Notes under the pieces: generated by a model
The model's input: only the letters and a program-made list of their open reading frames with translations
Told to the model about the DNA's origin: nothing
The model's database searches: none
Shown here: positions 39,730 to 52,905 of the stretch, in pieces
How the letters are laid out: the number at the start of each line of letters is the position of its first letter
How positions within the stretch are numbered: the first letter of the stretch is position 1
Made by a program: the position numbers and the translations under genes
Source: Octopus bimaculoides
Taxonomy: Eukaryota
Direction of reading: 5' to 3'
Length of the DNA: 64,000 nt
Assembly: GCF_001194135.2 (NCBI RefSeq)
Contig: NC_068997.1
Span: 5,408,616-5,472,615, forward strand

Positions 39730-41021
39730 CGAGGAGTGTATGAAAAGTTTTGAGCCTAACCTAGAAACGGGGCTGCTAGGTAGTTGAAACAATTTTTTCT
39801 GGTAAGTACAGTCTTTTTGGAGTATTCTTGCTCATTTTCATGATTCTGATATTTTAATTTTATTTGTTGCAGATTTCTGAATAAACAAGTGTTGAGGTTA
39901 CAAGGAAAATGGAGGAAACTGAGTATTGTGCTGTCATAAAGTACCCTCATTTGAAAGGCATGACTCCATCAGAAATCCATGAAGATATGGTGAGAACCTT
40001 AACAGACAATGCTTCTTCATATGCAACAGTCAAATGCTGGGTAAATGAATTCCAGCGTGGCAGGGAGAGTGTGGAAGATGATCCCACACCAAGGAGACCT
40101 CCAACTGCAACCACTGAGGACAACATTGACCTTGCTCTTGGTATGACAATGCAAGATCGTCGAATATCATGTCGTCAGATAGCTGAGAGACTGGGCATCT
40201 CGACTGAAAGAGCAGACAACATTGTGACAAAAGAACTTGGGTTCTCAAAGGTTTCTGCAAGGTGGGTCCCTTGCCTTTGGACTCCTGAACAGAACTGCAC
40301 CATGTGCACTTTGTTCACAAGCAATCTGGAACTGTTTGAAGCCAATGAAGAGAATTTTCTTGCTCGTTTCATTACTATGGACGAAAGTTGGGTTCATCAC
40401 TACCAGCCTGAAACCAAAGAACAATCAAAGCAGTGGAAGCACACATCTTCTCCTACCCCAAGAAGGCCAGGGTCATTCTTTCAGCTGGCATGGTCATGGC
40501 ATCAGTTTTTGGAGGTTCTCAAGGTGTCTTGCTGATCAATTACCTTGAAAAGGGTCACACCATGACAGGGCTGTATTATTCTCAGCTACTGAAACGCCTC
40601 CGAGAAGCAATCAAAGAAAAAAGACCGGGAATGCTCACCAGATGAGTCCTTTTTCATCACGACAATGCTCCAGCCCACACCTCAGTGGTTGCCATGGCAA
40701 CAATTCGTGATTGTGGATATGAACTTGTTCCCCATCCGCCTTATTCGCCAGACTTAGCCCCCTCTGACTTTCATCTATTCCCCAAAATGAAAAAAGCCCT
40801 GGCTGGTCACCATTTTACCAGTGACAATGACTTCATAGACGCTGTAGGAAGTTTATTGGAGTCTCAAACAAAAGAGTTCCTCTACGCCGGGATAATGGTG
40901 CTTCAGCACCGTTGGAGAAAGTATTCAGCCATCGAGGGGGACTATGTTGAAAAATAAATCATCAGAGGTCTTGTACTATGTTTTGTTTTTTTGAGGCTCA
41001 AGACTTTTCATACACCCTTCG
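39730..41021 (+). mobile_element. Full-length mariner (DD34D, irritans/Himar-like) with disrupted transposase
   Basis: 28-bp TIRs cgaggagtgtatgaaaagttttgagcct and its reverse complement (3 mismatches), TA at both ends. Transposase 39909-40957 has ITMDESWVHHY, HHDNAPAH and YSPDLAPSDF, broken by a frameshift near 40455 and a TGA at 40643-40645. Confidence 0.95.
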
Positions 41022-42339
41022 TAAAAGATTGAGATATTTTTAACTTGACAATCTGTTACTCTCAGTATGGTGTGGCCATATGTTATTTTTTTTTTGGTGG
41101 GCGGGGCTCGATCACAATATAAACATTAACTTCTTGAAAGTAAACCTAACCACATACAGTGAAGCTGCATTACACTGTACATGTTAGTGATTAAGGTGTC
41201 AATCAATCTATTTGGTCAGATTTGTAAACAATAATTTTTAAAATCAGCTCCAGAAGTATTGGAATAGGATATATGATTAAATTAACCTTGGTATTTGGCT
41301 ATTATTTTACAACCTCTAAAGGATAAAAAGCAAAGTTGGTACCAGCAGGACTTGAATTCAACACATTTATCACACTACAGATCCAGCAGTCAACAATCCA
41401 ATGAATTTCTGACATTAAACAAAACTACTAATCCAGTAGGAGAGGTACAGCTGCTGAAATGTAGCCTTTTTAAAGAACTGGTATTTCAGTACAGTTCTAT
41501 ATTTAAGAGATTCAGAGTTCGATTCCAGGCAGTGACCTGAATAATAATAATAATATCGAAAAATACCTTAGGAATGAGAACCCAGGTTCAAAATTTCCCC
41601 CAAGACACCTGATGAAGGCTGGAGGGTAAATAATGTGGTATTTCAGTATCTCTATTCTGGAAGGATGACGAGTAGAGATGGATTTTGGTGAGATCTGAAC
41701 TCAATTTGTAACTAGAACACATCTACAAATCGAATAATAGTAGAAATCAAACTGACCTTTGTACTAGACCAATACTATGATAAAAATAATTTTTCTCTTG
41801 ATTCCTAAACTACTAATGTTCCACAAAGAAAAAGCAAAAAAATGAATTTCTTCCAGGTTGTAATTATTTTCATTTTTAATAAAATGTTTCACTTTGCAAA
41901 ATAGTGTTTTTTTAATAAGTCACTTATTATATCATTATCATTTAACATCCCATTTTCCATGCTGGCATGGGTTGGATAGTTCAACAAAGACAAGCTAGGG
42001 GGCTGTACCAGATACTATGTCTGCTTTGGATAAAGAAACAAGGAGCAAGTATCTTGTTGAAGAGATGAATACATGGATTGCCCACCTGAAAACAGAGGGA
42101 GTGATGCTGATGATTTCTAAAAAGAATGAAATGGTGCTATACATGATTACCACCATCTAGAAATTTTGAAATAAGTAAAAAATTTTTGAAAAATAAATAA
42201 AATGAGAATTCTATGCAACTTTTCTTCATAATTCCTTAATTTCAATTTTCTAATCCTATTTCATATTATGAAGAAATTATCTCCCATGTAATAGCTACCA
42301 TCCCCAGGGAAATCAAGTATATTTGAATAATAATAACTT

Positions 42340-43330
42340 CAAATTTTGGCACAAGGCCAGCAATTTTGGGGAAGATGGGTTAGTCAATTACATTGACCCC
42401 AGTGCTCAACTGGTACTTATTTTATCAACCCTGAAAGGCAGAATAGACCACAGGGGAATCTGAACTAAAAATGTAAACAGCCAGAAGAAATGATGCTAAA
42501 TATTTTATCCAACAAACTAATGATTTTGTTAACTTGCCTTATAATTCTAATTTTGGTACATGGCCAGCAATTTTAGGAGTAGGGATTAGTCAATTACATA
42601 GACCCAGCATATGGAAGGTATTTTACGTTACCAACTCTAGAGCGATGAAGAGTATTGTTGACTGTGACAGGGTTTAAACTTAAAATGTGAAAAACCAGAA
42701 CAAATACTGCAAGGCTTCTTTTTTTTTAAGGCCTCTAAAGATTATATCAATCCACTGCCCTCCTCCTAAAAATAATTCTACTATAGGCACATATAGAAAC
42801 AGGTTAGTCGATTAAATTGATTAGTACTCAGCTACTACTTTTTTTATTGATCTTGGCAAAATTTGAACTTGGAACATAATGAGCTGAAAGAAAAGTTAAG
42901 AATAATAATGATTTCAAATTTTGGCACAAGGTCAGAAAATTCAGGAAAAGGGACTAGTTGATTACATTGAACCCTGTGTTCAACTCCTACTTATTTCATC
43001 AACCCCAAAAGGATGAAAATCGACCTCAGTGGAATTTGAACTCAGAATGTAAAGAGCGATGAAATGTCATTAAGCATTTTACCTGGCATACTAACAATTC
43101 TACCAGCTCACCTTAATAATAATCCTTTCTACTAAAGGCAGAAAACCTGAAATTTCGGGGAGGGGACTAGTTGATTACATTGACTCCAGTGTTTCATTTG
43201 TACTTGATTTATCGACATTGAAAGGATGAAAGGCAAAGTCATCTTCATCAGAATTTGAACTTAGAACATGAAAACGGACAAAATGCCACTAAGCATTTTG
43301 CTTGGTGTGCTAACAGTTTTGCTAGCTATA
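42340..43330 (-). mobile_element. Chain of about 5 SINE family A copies
   Basis: Same modules in tandem on the minus strand. Other copies at about 2136-2390, 5545-5750, 30300-30495, 44676-44840 and 59890-60095. Confidence 0.85.
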
Positions 43331-45867
43331 ATAATAAAAGAAAGATACAATGATGATAGTGATTCCTAACTTGAGGCAATAGAAAATGATATTTGTTCAA
43401 AATAACCCAGTGGGACTGAACCTAGGAACTCATGGCTGCAAAGTGAACTTCTTAACCATTCAACCATACTGCAGCCACACTTAAACACATGAAAGTACAG
43501 GTTTGCCACCAAATGAATTCACTCAGGTCTTCCAAGCCAACAAAGAGGCCATAAGCAGATGCTAGAAATAGCAGCAAAATCTCCCTGTATCACATCTGAC
43601 AGTCTAAGAGAGAGCCATGTTGAATAATGTGATGTTGGATTCCCTGTATATAGCAAAAATATATGGTAATGGCTGAAATACAACTTGATCATAGGCTTGC
43701 ATGATTCAGGTTGATCTGGAGTTGAACAACAACTATTAAATCTTTCTAGTTAACAAGTACTGCTGCATTAGTGATTCACAACTGGAGTCCATATAAGACT
43801 TTGTTGTTGAAATTTATGTGCAATAAATTGATTATACTTCTACAATACACAAAATATTTTAATTCTTTTTTTTTATACAATTCCTAATAATATTTAATTA
43901 TAAAAATAACAGTAGAACTTTTTATATATACGCTGAATGACTATGTAGGTCCAGTAGAATAAAATAGAAATCAAAGGGAGCAATAAGCAAATAATTGAGA
44001 ACTACTGCTCTACATGATTGCTGAACATGCTAGAAAAAGCCGCTAAATTTTCTCAAAGCACACTCCATCTTAACAAAGCATATTAGTGTTGTCCAAAATT
44101 ATAATTAGAAAAGAACCACTGTCATAGCTGGATTGCCTTTAAACATAGATCTGTTCAATAAAGGTTGACTTAGCGCTAAATAACAACAGCAACTGGGTCT
44201 CTTTGTGCTTAAAATGCTTACTTGGGGGGTAATAATAGTTTCTGGCATAAGCTGAAGACCTTAAATTTGAGGGAGGGTAAGGAAACAGCTACTTAGATTG
44301 CACCCAGTATCTGACTAATACTTATTTTATCCTACACAAGTAAGGATGAACAATCTCATTAAAAATTTATTTGCTACAAATTAATTGATAACAGAGGGTG
44401 GGGAGGTTGATAAAAATAAACACAATGTCACAAATATTTTAGGAGTTTATTTTCCTCAATAACAGTAATAATTCTTTCAGCAATTTTGAGGGGAGGGGCA
44501 AGTTATTTACATTTACCAGTATTTGACTGGTATTTTATCAACCCTGAAAGAATGAAAGGCTAAACTGATCTCAACAGGATTATTGTGCCCTGGTACAAAA
44601 CCAACATCTTGGAGGCTCAATGAAAAATCACTTCTATCAACATTTGTATTGCTATTTTATCAATAAATAGCAAAGCAGTGAGCTGGCAGAATTGTTAACA
44701 TGTCAGGCAAAATACTTGGTGAGATTTCGTCCATCTTTGCCTTTCATCCTTTCGGAGTCAATAAAATAAATACTGAGGTTGATGTAATCAACTAGCCCTC
44801 TTCCCCGAAATTGCTGGCCTTGTACCAAAATTTGAAACCAATAGTCATGATTTCTTACAATTAGATTGCCATCCAGTAGATAACTTGTGCTGTAAGGAAC
44901 ACTAAATACTTTATTCTACAACTAATGATTCAGATCAACTCCTAGCCTAAATAATGGAAAAAACTCACCTATCACGTAATACCACAATTATTAACGCAAT
45001 CTCACAACTGATACTTATTGAGGAAGAAAGCTTATTTTTATTGGTTTCATAAAAAAAAAAGCATAATCCGATAGATTATCATCTGAACCAAAGTGTAAAA
45101 AAAAAATATCTAGATGTTAAACCCACAGATAAACACAAACAAAATAATTATATTTAGCACAATGAGGTCACCAAACTCTGGCTTTTTAAAATTTTTTCAT
45201 TCATTTTTTGTCATCACATGTGATAACAGCTCGACTACCCTCCATGACTTCTATAATTGGAAGTGAAGGTCACCAATGAGCAGAGGACTATAAAAAAATA
45301 AGTACCACAAAAAAGTAGATGGTTCTACCAGAATATATAAATACTGCAAATCAAGTAGAGTCAATTGTCTTAATCAATTGAAGGTTTTATTTCATCTTTT
45401 TCATTGTAACAGAACATAAACAGAACAAACCTCATATACAAATAATCAGTGAAGTTCACATAATGATTGATTACAAACACACACACACATTACATATGCC
45501 ATTAGGAAATGTATCCTGCCATAGAGACCACTCCAAAGAAGACACTGAGGCTTGGTACAGCTGTCTGGCTCACCGGCTCCTGACATATCATGCCAGCATG
45601 AAAAAACAGACATTAAATCACACACACACATAGGTAAGAAGACGTGTACAGTAGATACAGACGAAGTGCTCACACCAAAACAAATACCTAAAATCCGATT
45701 GAATGAAGGAATATGGAATCACTGCAAATAAAAGTTGGTTATAAATAATGTATTGGCGAAGCTAATGACAGGAAAATAAAATAAAAGATGGATAGGTAGT
45801 TGCAAATTCATCAAATCCTTTATAAGACAGTTATAACTAAGTTATGATTTGATACCTTTGTAACTAC

Positions 45868-46445
45868 CTGTCCAGCAAATCAGGTGGATCAGAAAAGGAC
45901 ATCACTGCAAGAAGCAAGAAGGGTTAGCAAGCCTTCGCTATTCTTCAGCAGGTATAGAAGTCCACTGCCATCTCAACTCGAACTAAACTCCGCTTATTTA
46001 GTTCAAACGTAAAATCTGTGCTTTTGTATGGCTCTGAAACATGGAGAGCCACCTGCAGCAACTACAAGAAAATCCAAACCTTCATCAACAAATGCCTCTG
46101 GCAGATCCACCATCTGAAGTGGTTCAACAGAGTGCCAAACACCGATCTGTGGGAAAGGGCCAACCAGGAGCCCATACATGTTCAGATTAGACGAAGGAAA
46201 TGGAGATGGATCGGACATATACTGTGGAAAGAACCCTCAAATGACATGACAAGCACTTGACTGAAACCCGCAGGGGAAGAGGAAGCGAAGACACCCGAAG
46301 CAGACATGGAAGCGGAGCATTTTTGATGAGCTCAGGACCACCGGCCTGACATGGGAAGCAGCCAAGAAACACTCCAATGACCGCAAAAAGTGGAAAATAA
46401 CTGTTGAGGCACTATGCTCCAGAAGGGACAAAAGGGATTAAGAAG
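45868..46445 (+). mobile_element. RTE-clade LINE 3' fragment
   Basis: NVKSVLLYGSETW, IRRRKWRWIGH, NPQGKRKR..PKQTWKRS; ends with a stop and a short (aag) tail. Confidence 0.92.
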
Positions 46446-46972
46446 AATATATATCTTCAATCTTGGCTCAAAACATCTCTCCTGTCCTTTGTTGGCTGTA
46501 GCTTTTCCTAGGGTATTGCCATGCACACCGACCATTGATCACCACACTTCATTTGCAAGGGGCTTTTGGGGGGGGGGGAGTTTAATTGGTCAATCTCAAA
46601 GGTCCATCTACTGTCTACTATTCAAAGATACCTGTGATTCCACATTTACCACAACTGTTCTTTCTTCAAAGTTCATACCAAACAGAATTCTTTCATGAGC
46701 TTGCTGCATTGTTCTTCCTTTACTAAAATTCCAGGTTTCTGAACCACGACTATTGGTTGTATGAACAATACAGCAAAAAGGAAAGTACCTTTGAAGTGTG
46801 TTCTACATATGTATACACACACAAATATATGGCCTAGTTCCACACATGTAATTTAGTAGGTTGGAAAAACCCAAAACAACTGGTTAACAGAGTATTCATT
46901 AAAATTAGTAGTCCCTCTCTAGGAGTGTTTAAAATTTAAATACAAGAGAGGTAAATCCAATAAGTTCTAATA

Positions 46973-47084
<112 letters not shown>

Positions 47085-47400
47085 CCCATGCACTCATAAT
47101 GTAAAGTTGCCACATATCTTCTCTATAGCAAGTCACCTATGCTTGTCTATCACATTTTAAGCGCAACACCTGGCATAATGACACTTCCTTCTCTACTACA
47201 ACCAATCAGTCAAGGGTCTTTTCTTTACCTTGTGACTTACTTGGCAACTTCAGTGTAGATGTCACTTCTAAAGCTGTAGAAACCATGCCGAAACAGTCAA
47301 TGGAGATTGTTTGATCCTTAGAATTGAAGATGAACATTCAATGATGACATACACATAGATTATCTATCTATTTATACACACACACACACATTTATATAAG

Positions 47401-47444
<44 letters not shown>

Positions 47445-47774
47445 NNNNNNNNNNNNNNNNNNNNNNNNNNNNNNNNNNNNNNNNNNNNNNNNNNNNNNNN
47501 NNNNNNNNNNNNNNNNNNNNNNNNNNNNNNNNNNNNNNNNNNNNNNNNNNNNNNNNNNNNNNNNNNNNNNNNNNNNNNNNNNNNNNNNNNNNNNNNNNNN
47601 NNNNNNNNNNNNNNNNNNNNNNNNNNNNNNNNNNNNNNNGACACATTTCTTGTGTCTCTGAAAGATTTAGAAATGTATTATTTCTATTTTTGAAATCATT
47701 GAAAGTGTTTCACTAGAATTATTATATGTTTACAAGAGCTTGACAGGCATCTCCAACTAGCAGGCCATTGCTAC

Positions 47775-47817
47775 TCCAGACTGATGACAAGCAAAGACTC
47801 AGAAACATGTCTCTGGA
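47775..47817 (+). ncRNA. Degenerate type I minimal hammerhead ribozyme motif (Penelope/retrozyme-like)
   Basis: tccaga-CTGATGA-caagcaaagactca-GAAA-catg-TC-tctgga: complete core, 6-bp helix I, palindromic helix III (ACATGT); helix II is broken. Confidence 0.6.
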
Positions 47818-48857
47818 TGCAGGCTTAGCTAGGTGGAGGGGCTTGTCTCACCCCTTGTAAACACATAAGGACACAGGAAATGTGTTAAGGCCGACAGGAA
47901 GCGATGCTGCTTCCTAGGGCTAAATAGCAGTAGTATTATTCCCTTCATGGGACTGTCACATTAAGTTGACAGCATACAACTACTTGTAGATATTGCCATA
48001 GTTATAAAATTGACTTGAAAGTTAATGTAGTTTCTTTGTTATTTGATACAAATACTCTACTCAGCATCTTTTTGCCAATATCAATACTTTTAAAAATATA
48101 TTTTGGGTGTTAAGTTTTAGCCGTGTCTCAATGAATTTATTTTTATCTTATTCATGAGAAGAGGATGTGGGAGCCATGACCTTTACAGACCAGCCTCTTA
48201 TGTTGTGGTCAATGTGTACTTTAAATATATAGAAATCAATGTCTTTGGAAGAAAAGAAAAAAAACATGACCAGGCAGAGAGAACCAAATGTATATACTTA
48301 GTTTAAATAATTGCAATAGACAGAACTCCTCTAAAAGTAACCAAGGACAGGGTTTAGTATTAGACAGGGGGATGTGTTAAACCCGAGTTTGTATTTTTCT
48401 CCTACATTTCTTTTCATAAACATTAAGATGGGAGGAAACTAATTATGCTGGCTTGAGACGCCAATTAGCGAGCGTATTCAGCCAAACAGTGGAATAAATT
48501 GGTTTGCTGTAAATGGAAGAGAAACTTCTTTTTTTTCTTTTAATACATTATCTTTACCGTTCATAATTTCAAAAGTAGTATTTGACATCAACCAAAACAG
48601 TGCAGTTCTCTTTTAATGAATGATAAGCAAAACAACAGCTTTATTAAGGATGTGATAGAGTAAAAAATATATAGTGCTACTGCATGCCAATTCGGAGAGA
48701 AACAAAATAAAACCAACACACGAATATAACAATCTATAAAGAAAAACTTGCTTCATAGATGATTCTAGTAACATCCAAACAGGCATGATAATTTGGCCAT
48801 ATGTTTATGTCCATTGGTGTGTTGCAATAGAAAAAAATGGGTAAAAATATACAATAA

Positions 48858-49245
48858 GCACAGGAGTGGCAATGTGGTAAGTAGCTTGCTTACCAACCAC
48901 ATGGTTCTGGGTTCAATCCCACTGTGTGGCACTTTGGGTAAATTTCTTCTACTATAACCTTGGGCTGACCAAAGCCTTGTGAGTAGATTTGGTAGACGGA
49001 AACTGAAAGAAGCCTGTTGTCCATATTACGTGTGTGTGTGGTTGTTGAGTCTGTGTTTGTCACCCCACCATCACTTGATAACCGATGGTGGTGTGTTTAT
49101 GTCCCCGTAACTTATCTGTTCAGAAAAAGAGAACCCTTAGAATAAGTGCTAGGCTTACAAAGAATAAGTCCTGGGGTCCATTTGTTCAACTAAAGATAGT
49201 GCTTCAGCATGGCCACAGTCAAATGACTGAAACAAGTAAAGAGGA
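48858..49245 (+). mobile_element. tRNA-derived SINE family B, near full length
   Basis: caggagtggc..gtggtaagtagcttgct..ggttcaatcccactg head through agtcaaatgactgaaacaagtaaaga. Other copies at about 2770-3150, 4130-4440, 25445-25600, 26690-26995 and 34505-34670. Confidence 0.85.
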
Positions 49246-49626
49246 ATACAGTGACCTTTAGTCTGTCATAAACATAATTATCTCGTTTGGCTCTTAAGCT
49301 TTGATTTAGATCACACGCCTCAGGTTCATTTGCATAAATTTTTTTTTTGTCATTAATTTTCTACACAGTTGTTAACACCCAACAGAGAGGGTTTTTATTT
49401 TGTTAACGGGTGAAGATCTTTATATAAACCGATGATTACCAAATATATATATATATATAGCACTGAAATCAATGAGACATTCCTCATCTTCTCTCTCAAA
49501 CAGAATATATACAAACATATATATATNNNNNNNNNNNNNNNNNNNNNNNNNNNNNNNNNNNNNNNNNNNNNNNNNNNNNNNNNNNNNNNNNNNNNNNNNN
49601 NNNNNNNNNNNNNNNNNNNNNNNNNN

Positions 49627-49660
<34 letters not shown>

Positions 49661-49903
49661 CATACATGCCCTAATTGTTCGAAACGCTTACTTTAGAATA
49701 GGTGCAGCTGATGAAGGAAATATTCTCTATGTGGCCTGTTTGTTTTCTGTGCTCTGTTTATGTTCTATTTTTCATTTTGTCCACGTTTTTTGCAACGTCC
49801 TGTACCCAGATATGCATCTATATATACATGTAAATGTAGGTATGTACATACATGTACGTATATATGCATATACTCACATATTATTTGTATTATACATATG
49901 TAC

Positions 49904-49937
<34 letters not shown>

Positions 49938-50164
49938 GAACGGGAACGTGAAACTCAGAGTAACGGTTTTTTTGTTATATTTCTGCTGCTTTTAAATAAA
50001 GCATATTACTCTACCTCTGGTATTTGAGTACTCTTTTCTCCACCTTGTTGCACATTTCATGTGCTTACTCCGGTATATATATACATATATAGATACACAT
50101 ATATATACACATATATATATACACATGTATACATATATATATGTGTGTATAAAAATATATATAT

Positions 50165-50650
50165 ACACATTCCCTTGAGTTCTGCACACAGTGTCAAGCA
50201 GAACTCGAGACAATTCAGTCTCACTATACAAAAAAAGTCTCCACAGTCCAACAGATGAACTACAGGGGGAGACTGAAAGCACTAAGTCTCTACTCCCTGG
50301 AGTGCAGGCAGGAGAGATATATAATAATTTACATATGGAAAATATTGGAAGGACTGGTACCAAACTTTGGCATCACGTACTACACGAATGCCCGCACAGG
50401 TCGGCACTGCACAGTACCAAGGGTACCGTCCACTGCATCTCACATAAGAACAGGGTTCTGCAACAGCCTCGGTTTCAGAGGACCTCAGCTCTTTAATGCT
50501 CTGCCAGAACAATTGAGAGACCTGCAAGACATGTATAGAGAGTTCTTCAAAACTAAACTTGACACTTTCCGATCCACGATACCAGACGAACCGATGGCTC
50601 GAAATGAGACACAGTTGAGTGCAGCGATGTTGCCATCGAAACTCTTGATT
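50165..50650 (+). mobile_element. CR1/L2-like LINE 3' fragment
   Basis: ORF 50255..50767 has LYSLECRQERYIIIYIWKILEG, RGPQLFNALP and FKTKLDTF, typical post-RT residues of CR1/L2-group LINEs. Confidence 0.85.
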
Positions 50651-50764
50651 GGACTACATCAGGTGGTGGAGAAGAGCCATGCAAGAAACGTGCAGAGAGC
50701 ACAGCATAAGGGAAGGAAAGTCATGATGGTGCTCCAGCATGACCACAGCCACTTCGCTGAAACA

Positions 50765-51670
50765 TAAATAAAAAAAATACATATACACACACAGATATAT
50801 ACATATATATATATATATACACACACACACATATATACACACACACACATATATATACACACGCACACACATATATGCATATATACACACACACATATAC
50901 ACATATACACACACACACATACACACACACACATATACACACACACACATATACACATATACACACACACATACACACACATATACACACACACATATAC
51001 ACACACACACATACACACACATATATATACACACACACACACATATATACACACACACACACACATATATACACACACACACACATATATACACACACAC
51101 ACATATATACACACACACACACATACACATATATATATATATACNNNNNNNNNNNNNNNNNNNNNNNNNNNNNNNNNNNNNNNNNNNNNNNNNNNNNNNN
51201 NNNNNNNNNNNNNNNNNNNNNNNNNNNNNNNNNNNNNNNNNNNNNNNNNNNNNNNNNNNNNNNNNNNNNNNNNNNNNNNNNNNNNNNNNNNNNNNNNNNN
51301 NNNNNNNNNNNNNNNNNNNNNNNTACACATATATACACACACACATACACATATATACACACACACATATACATATATACACACACACACATACATATAT
51401 ACACACACACACATATACATATATACACACACACATACACATATATACACACACATACACATATATACACACACACATACACATATATACACACACATAC
51501 ACATATATACACACACATACACACATACACATATATACACACACACACACATATATACACACACACACATATATACACACACACACACATACACATATAT
51601 ATATATATACAAGCGAAACTCAACAACGAGAGACTGACTCGATCACAATATATATATGTGTGTGTGTATG

Positions 51671-51702
<32 letters not shown>

Positions 51703-51735
51703 TATATATATATACACACATATACATACACACAC

Positions 51736-51770
<35 letters not shown>

Positions 51771-52149
51771 TTGTGATCGAGTCAGTCTCTCGTTGCTGAG
51801 TTTCGCTTGTAGGAACACAATGTATTTAGTGGAAAGTAACTTAATCGACAAAAATAAAAATATTAGAGGCTCGCGCACTTATTTCCATCAAATTATGAAC
51901 GACTTTTGTAAACAATTCAGTAATCTTCTGGCCTAAGTGGATAAAAGCTACCTACCTATACATACATAGTTCTACATTTGTGTGTTTGTGTTGTACGGTT
52001 GACACTACATAATCCACATACATATAAACACAACGTACAGACATATACATGTATATGAGTATACAGACATATACACGATATACATGCATGAATATGTAGA
52101 CATACATATAAACACATGCACATATACAAGCATACACAGACACACACAC

Positions 52150-52220
<71 letters not shown>

Positions 52221-52472
52221 TGTTTATATGAATATATATATATATATGCATGTCTATATATGAATATATATATATATATATGCATGTTTATATATGAATA
52301 TATATATATGCATGTTTATATATGAATATATATATATATATATGCATGTTTATATATGAATGTTTATATATGAATATATATATATATATATATGCATGTT
52401 TATATATGAATATATATATATATATATATGCATGTTTATATATGAATATATATATATATGCATGTTTATATA

Positions 52473-52564
<92 letters not shown>

Positions 52565-52700
52565 TATATAAACATGCATACAGATTTTGACATATATACA
52601 TATATATACATGCAGACTGTTATACATACATGCACATATATACACACACATGCATGGACAAATATACATACACACATACATGCATTTATGTACACATACA
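50765..52700. repeat. Compound (CA)/(TA) microsatellite and minisatellite field
   Basis: Alternating purine-pyrimidine tracts around a gap; unit atgcatgtttatatatga(ta)n repeats at about 52245-52460. Confidence 0.95.
51610..51809. mobile_element. MITE-like element: 41-bp TIRs, TA flanks, microsatellite-only interior
   Basis: caagcgaaactcaacaacgagagactgactcgatcacaata (51610-51650) and its reverse complement (51769-51809) differ by 1 base. Confidence 0.8.
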
Positions 52701-52868
52701 GATGGAATAGGAAACAAATGTAGATAAAATAAACAAAGGTTTGTAAAATCAATACTTGCTCTCCAAAACTAAAAATTTAGAAAATAATACTAAAATAAAT
52801 AAATCTAACAAGAGTAAATAACAATGCTAATAATTATAATACTAATAAATTATTTTGAATGTTCTTAC

Positions 52869-52905
52869 CAAGAGCTTTATCGTATTGGGAGTTCCGGCCG
52901 AACAT
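52869..52905 (-). CDS. HGS: HGS/Hrs coding exon 1 (MFGRNSQYDKAL-E)
   Basis: Minus strand ATG TTC GGC CGG AAC TCC CAA TAC GAT AAA GCT CTT G|gtaaga: 37 nt, phase 1, joining in frame to the AG-AAA-GCA-ACA exon at 26232. Equivalent to human MGRGSGTFERLL-D. Confidence 0.88.

Noticed and set aside
49660-49740. Hammerhead ribozyme (cgaaacg ... ctgatgaagg)
   Set aside because: The core words are present but in an order and spacing for which I could not build helices I-III; at most a decayed Penelope-like terminus.
50654-52752. Long ORFs of 300-385 aa (CV/YI/HT-rich)
   Set aside because: They are translations of dinucleotide microsatellites and N gaps.
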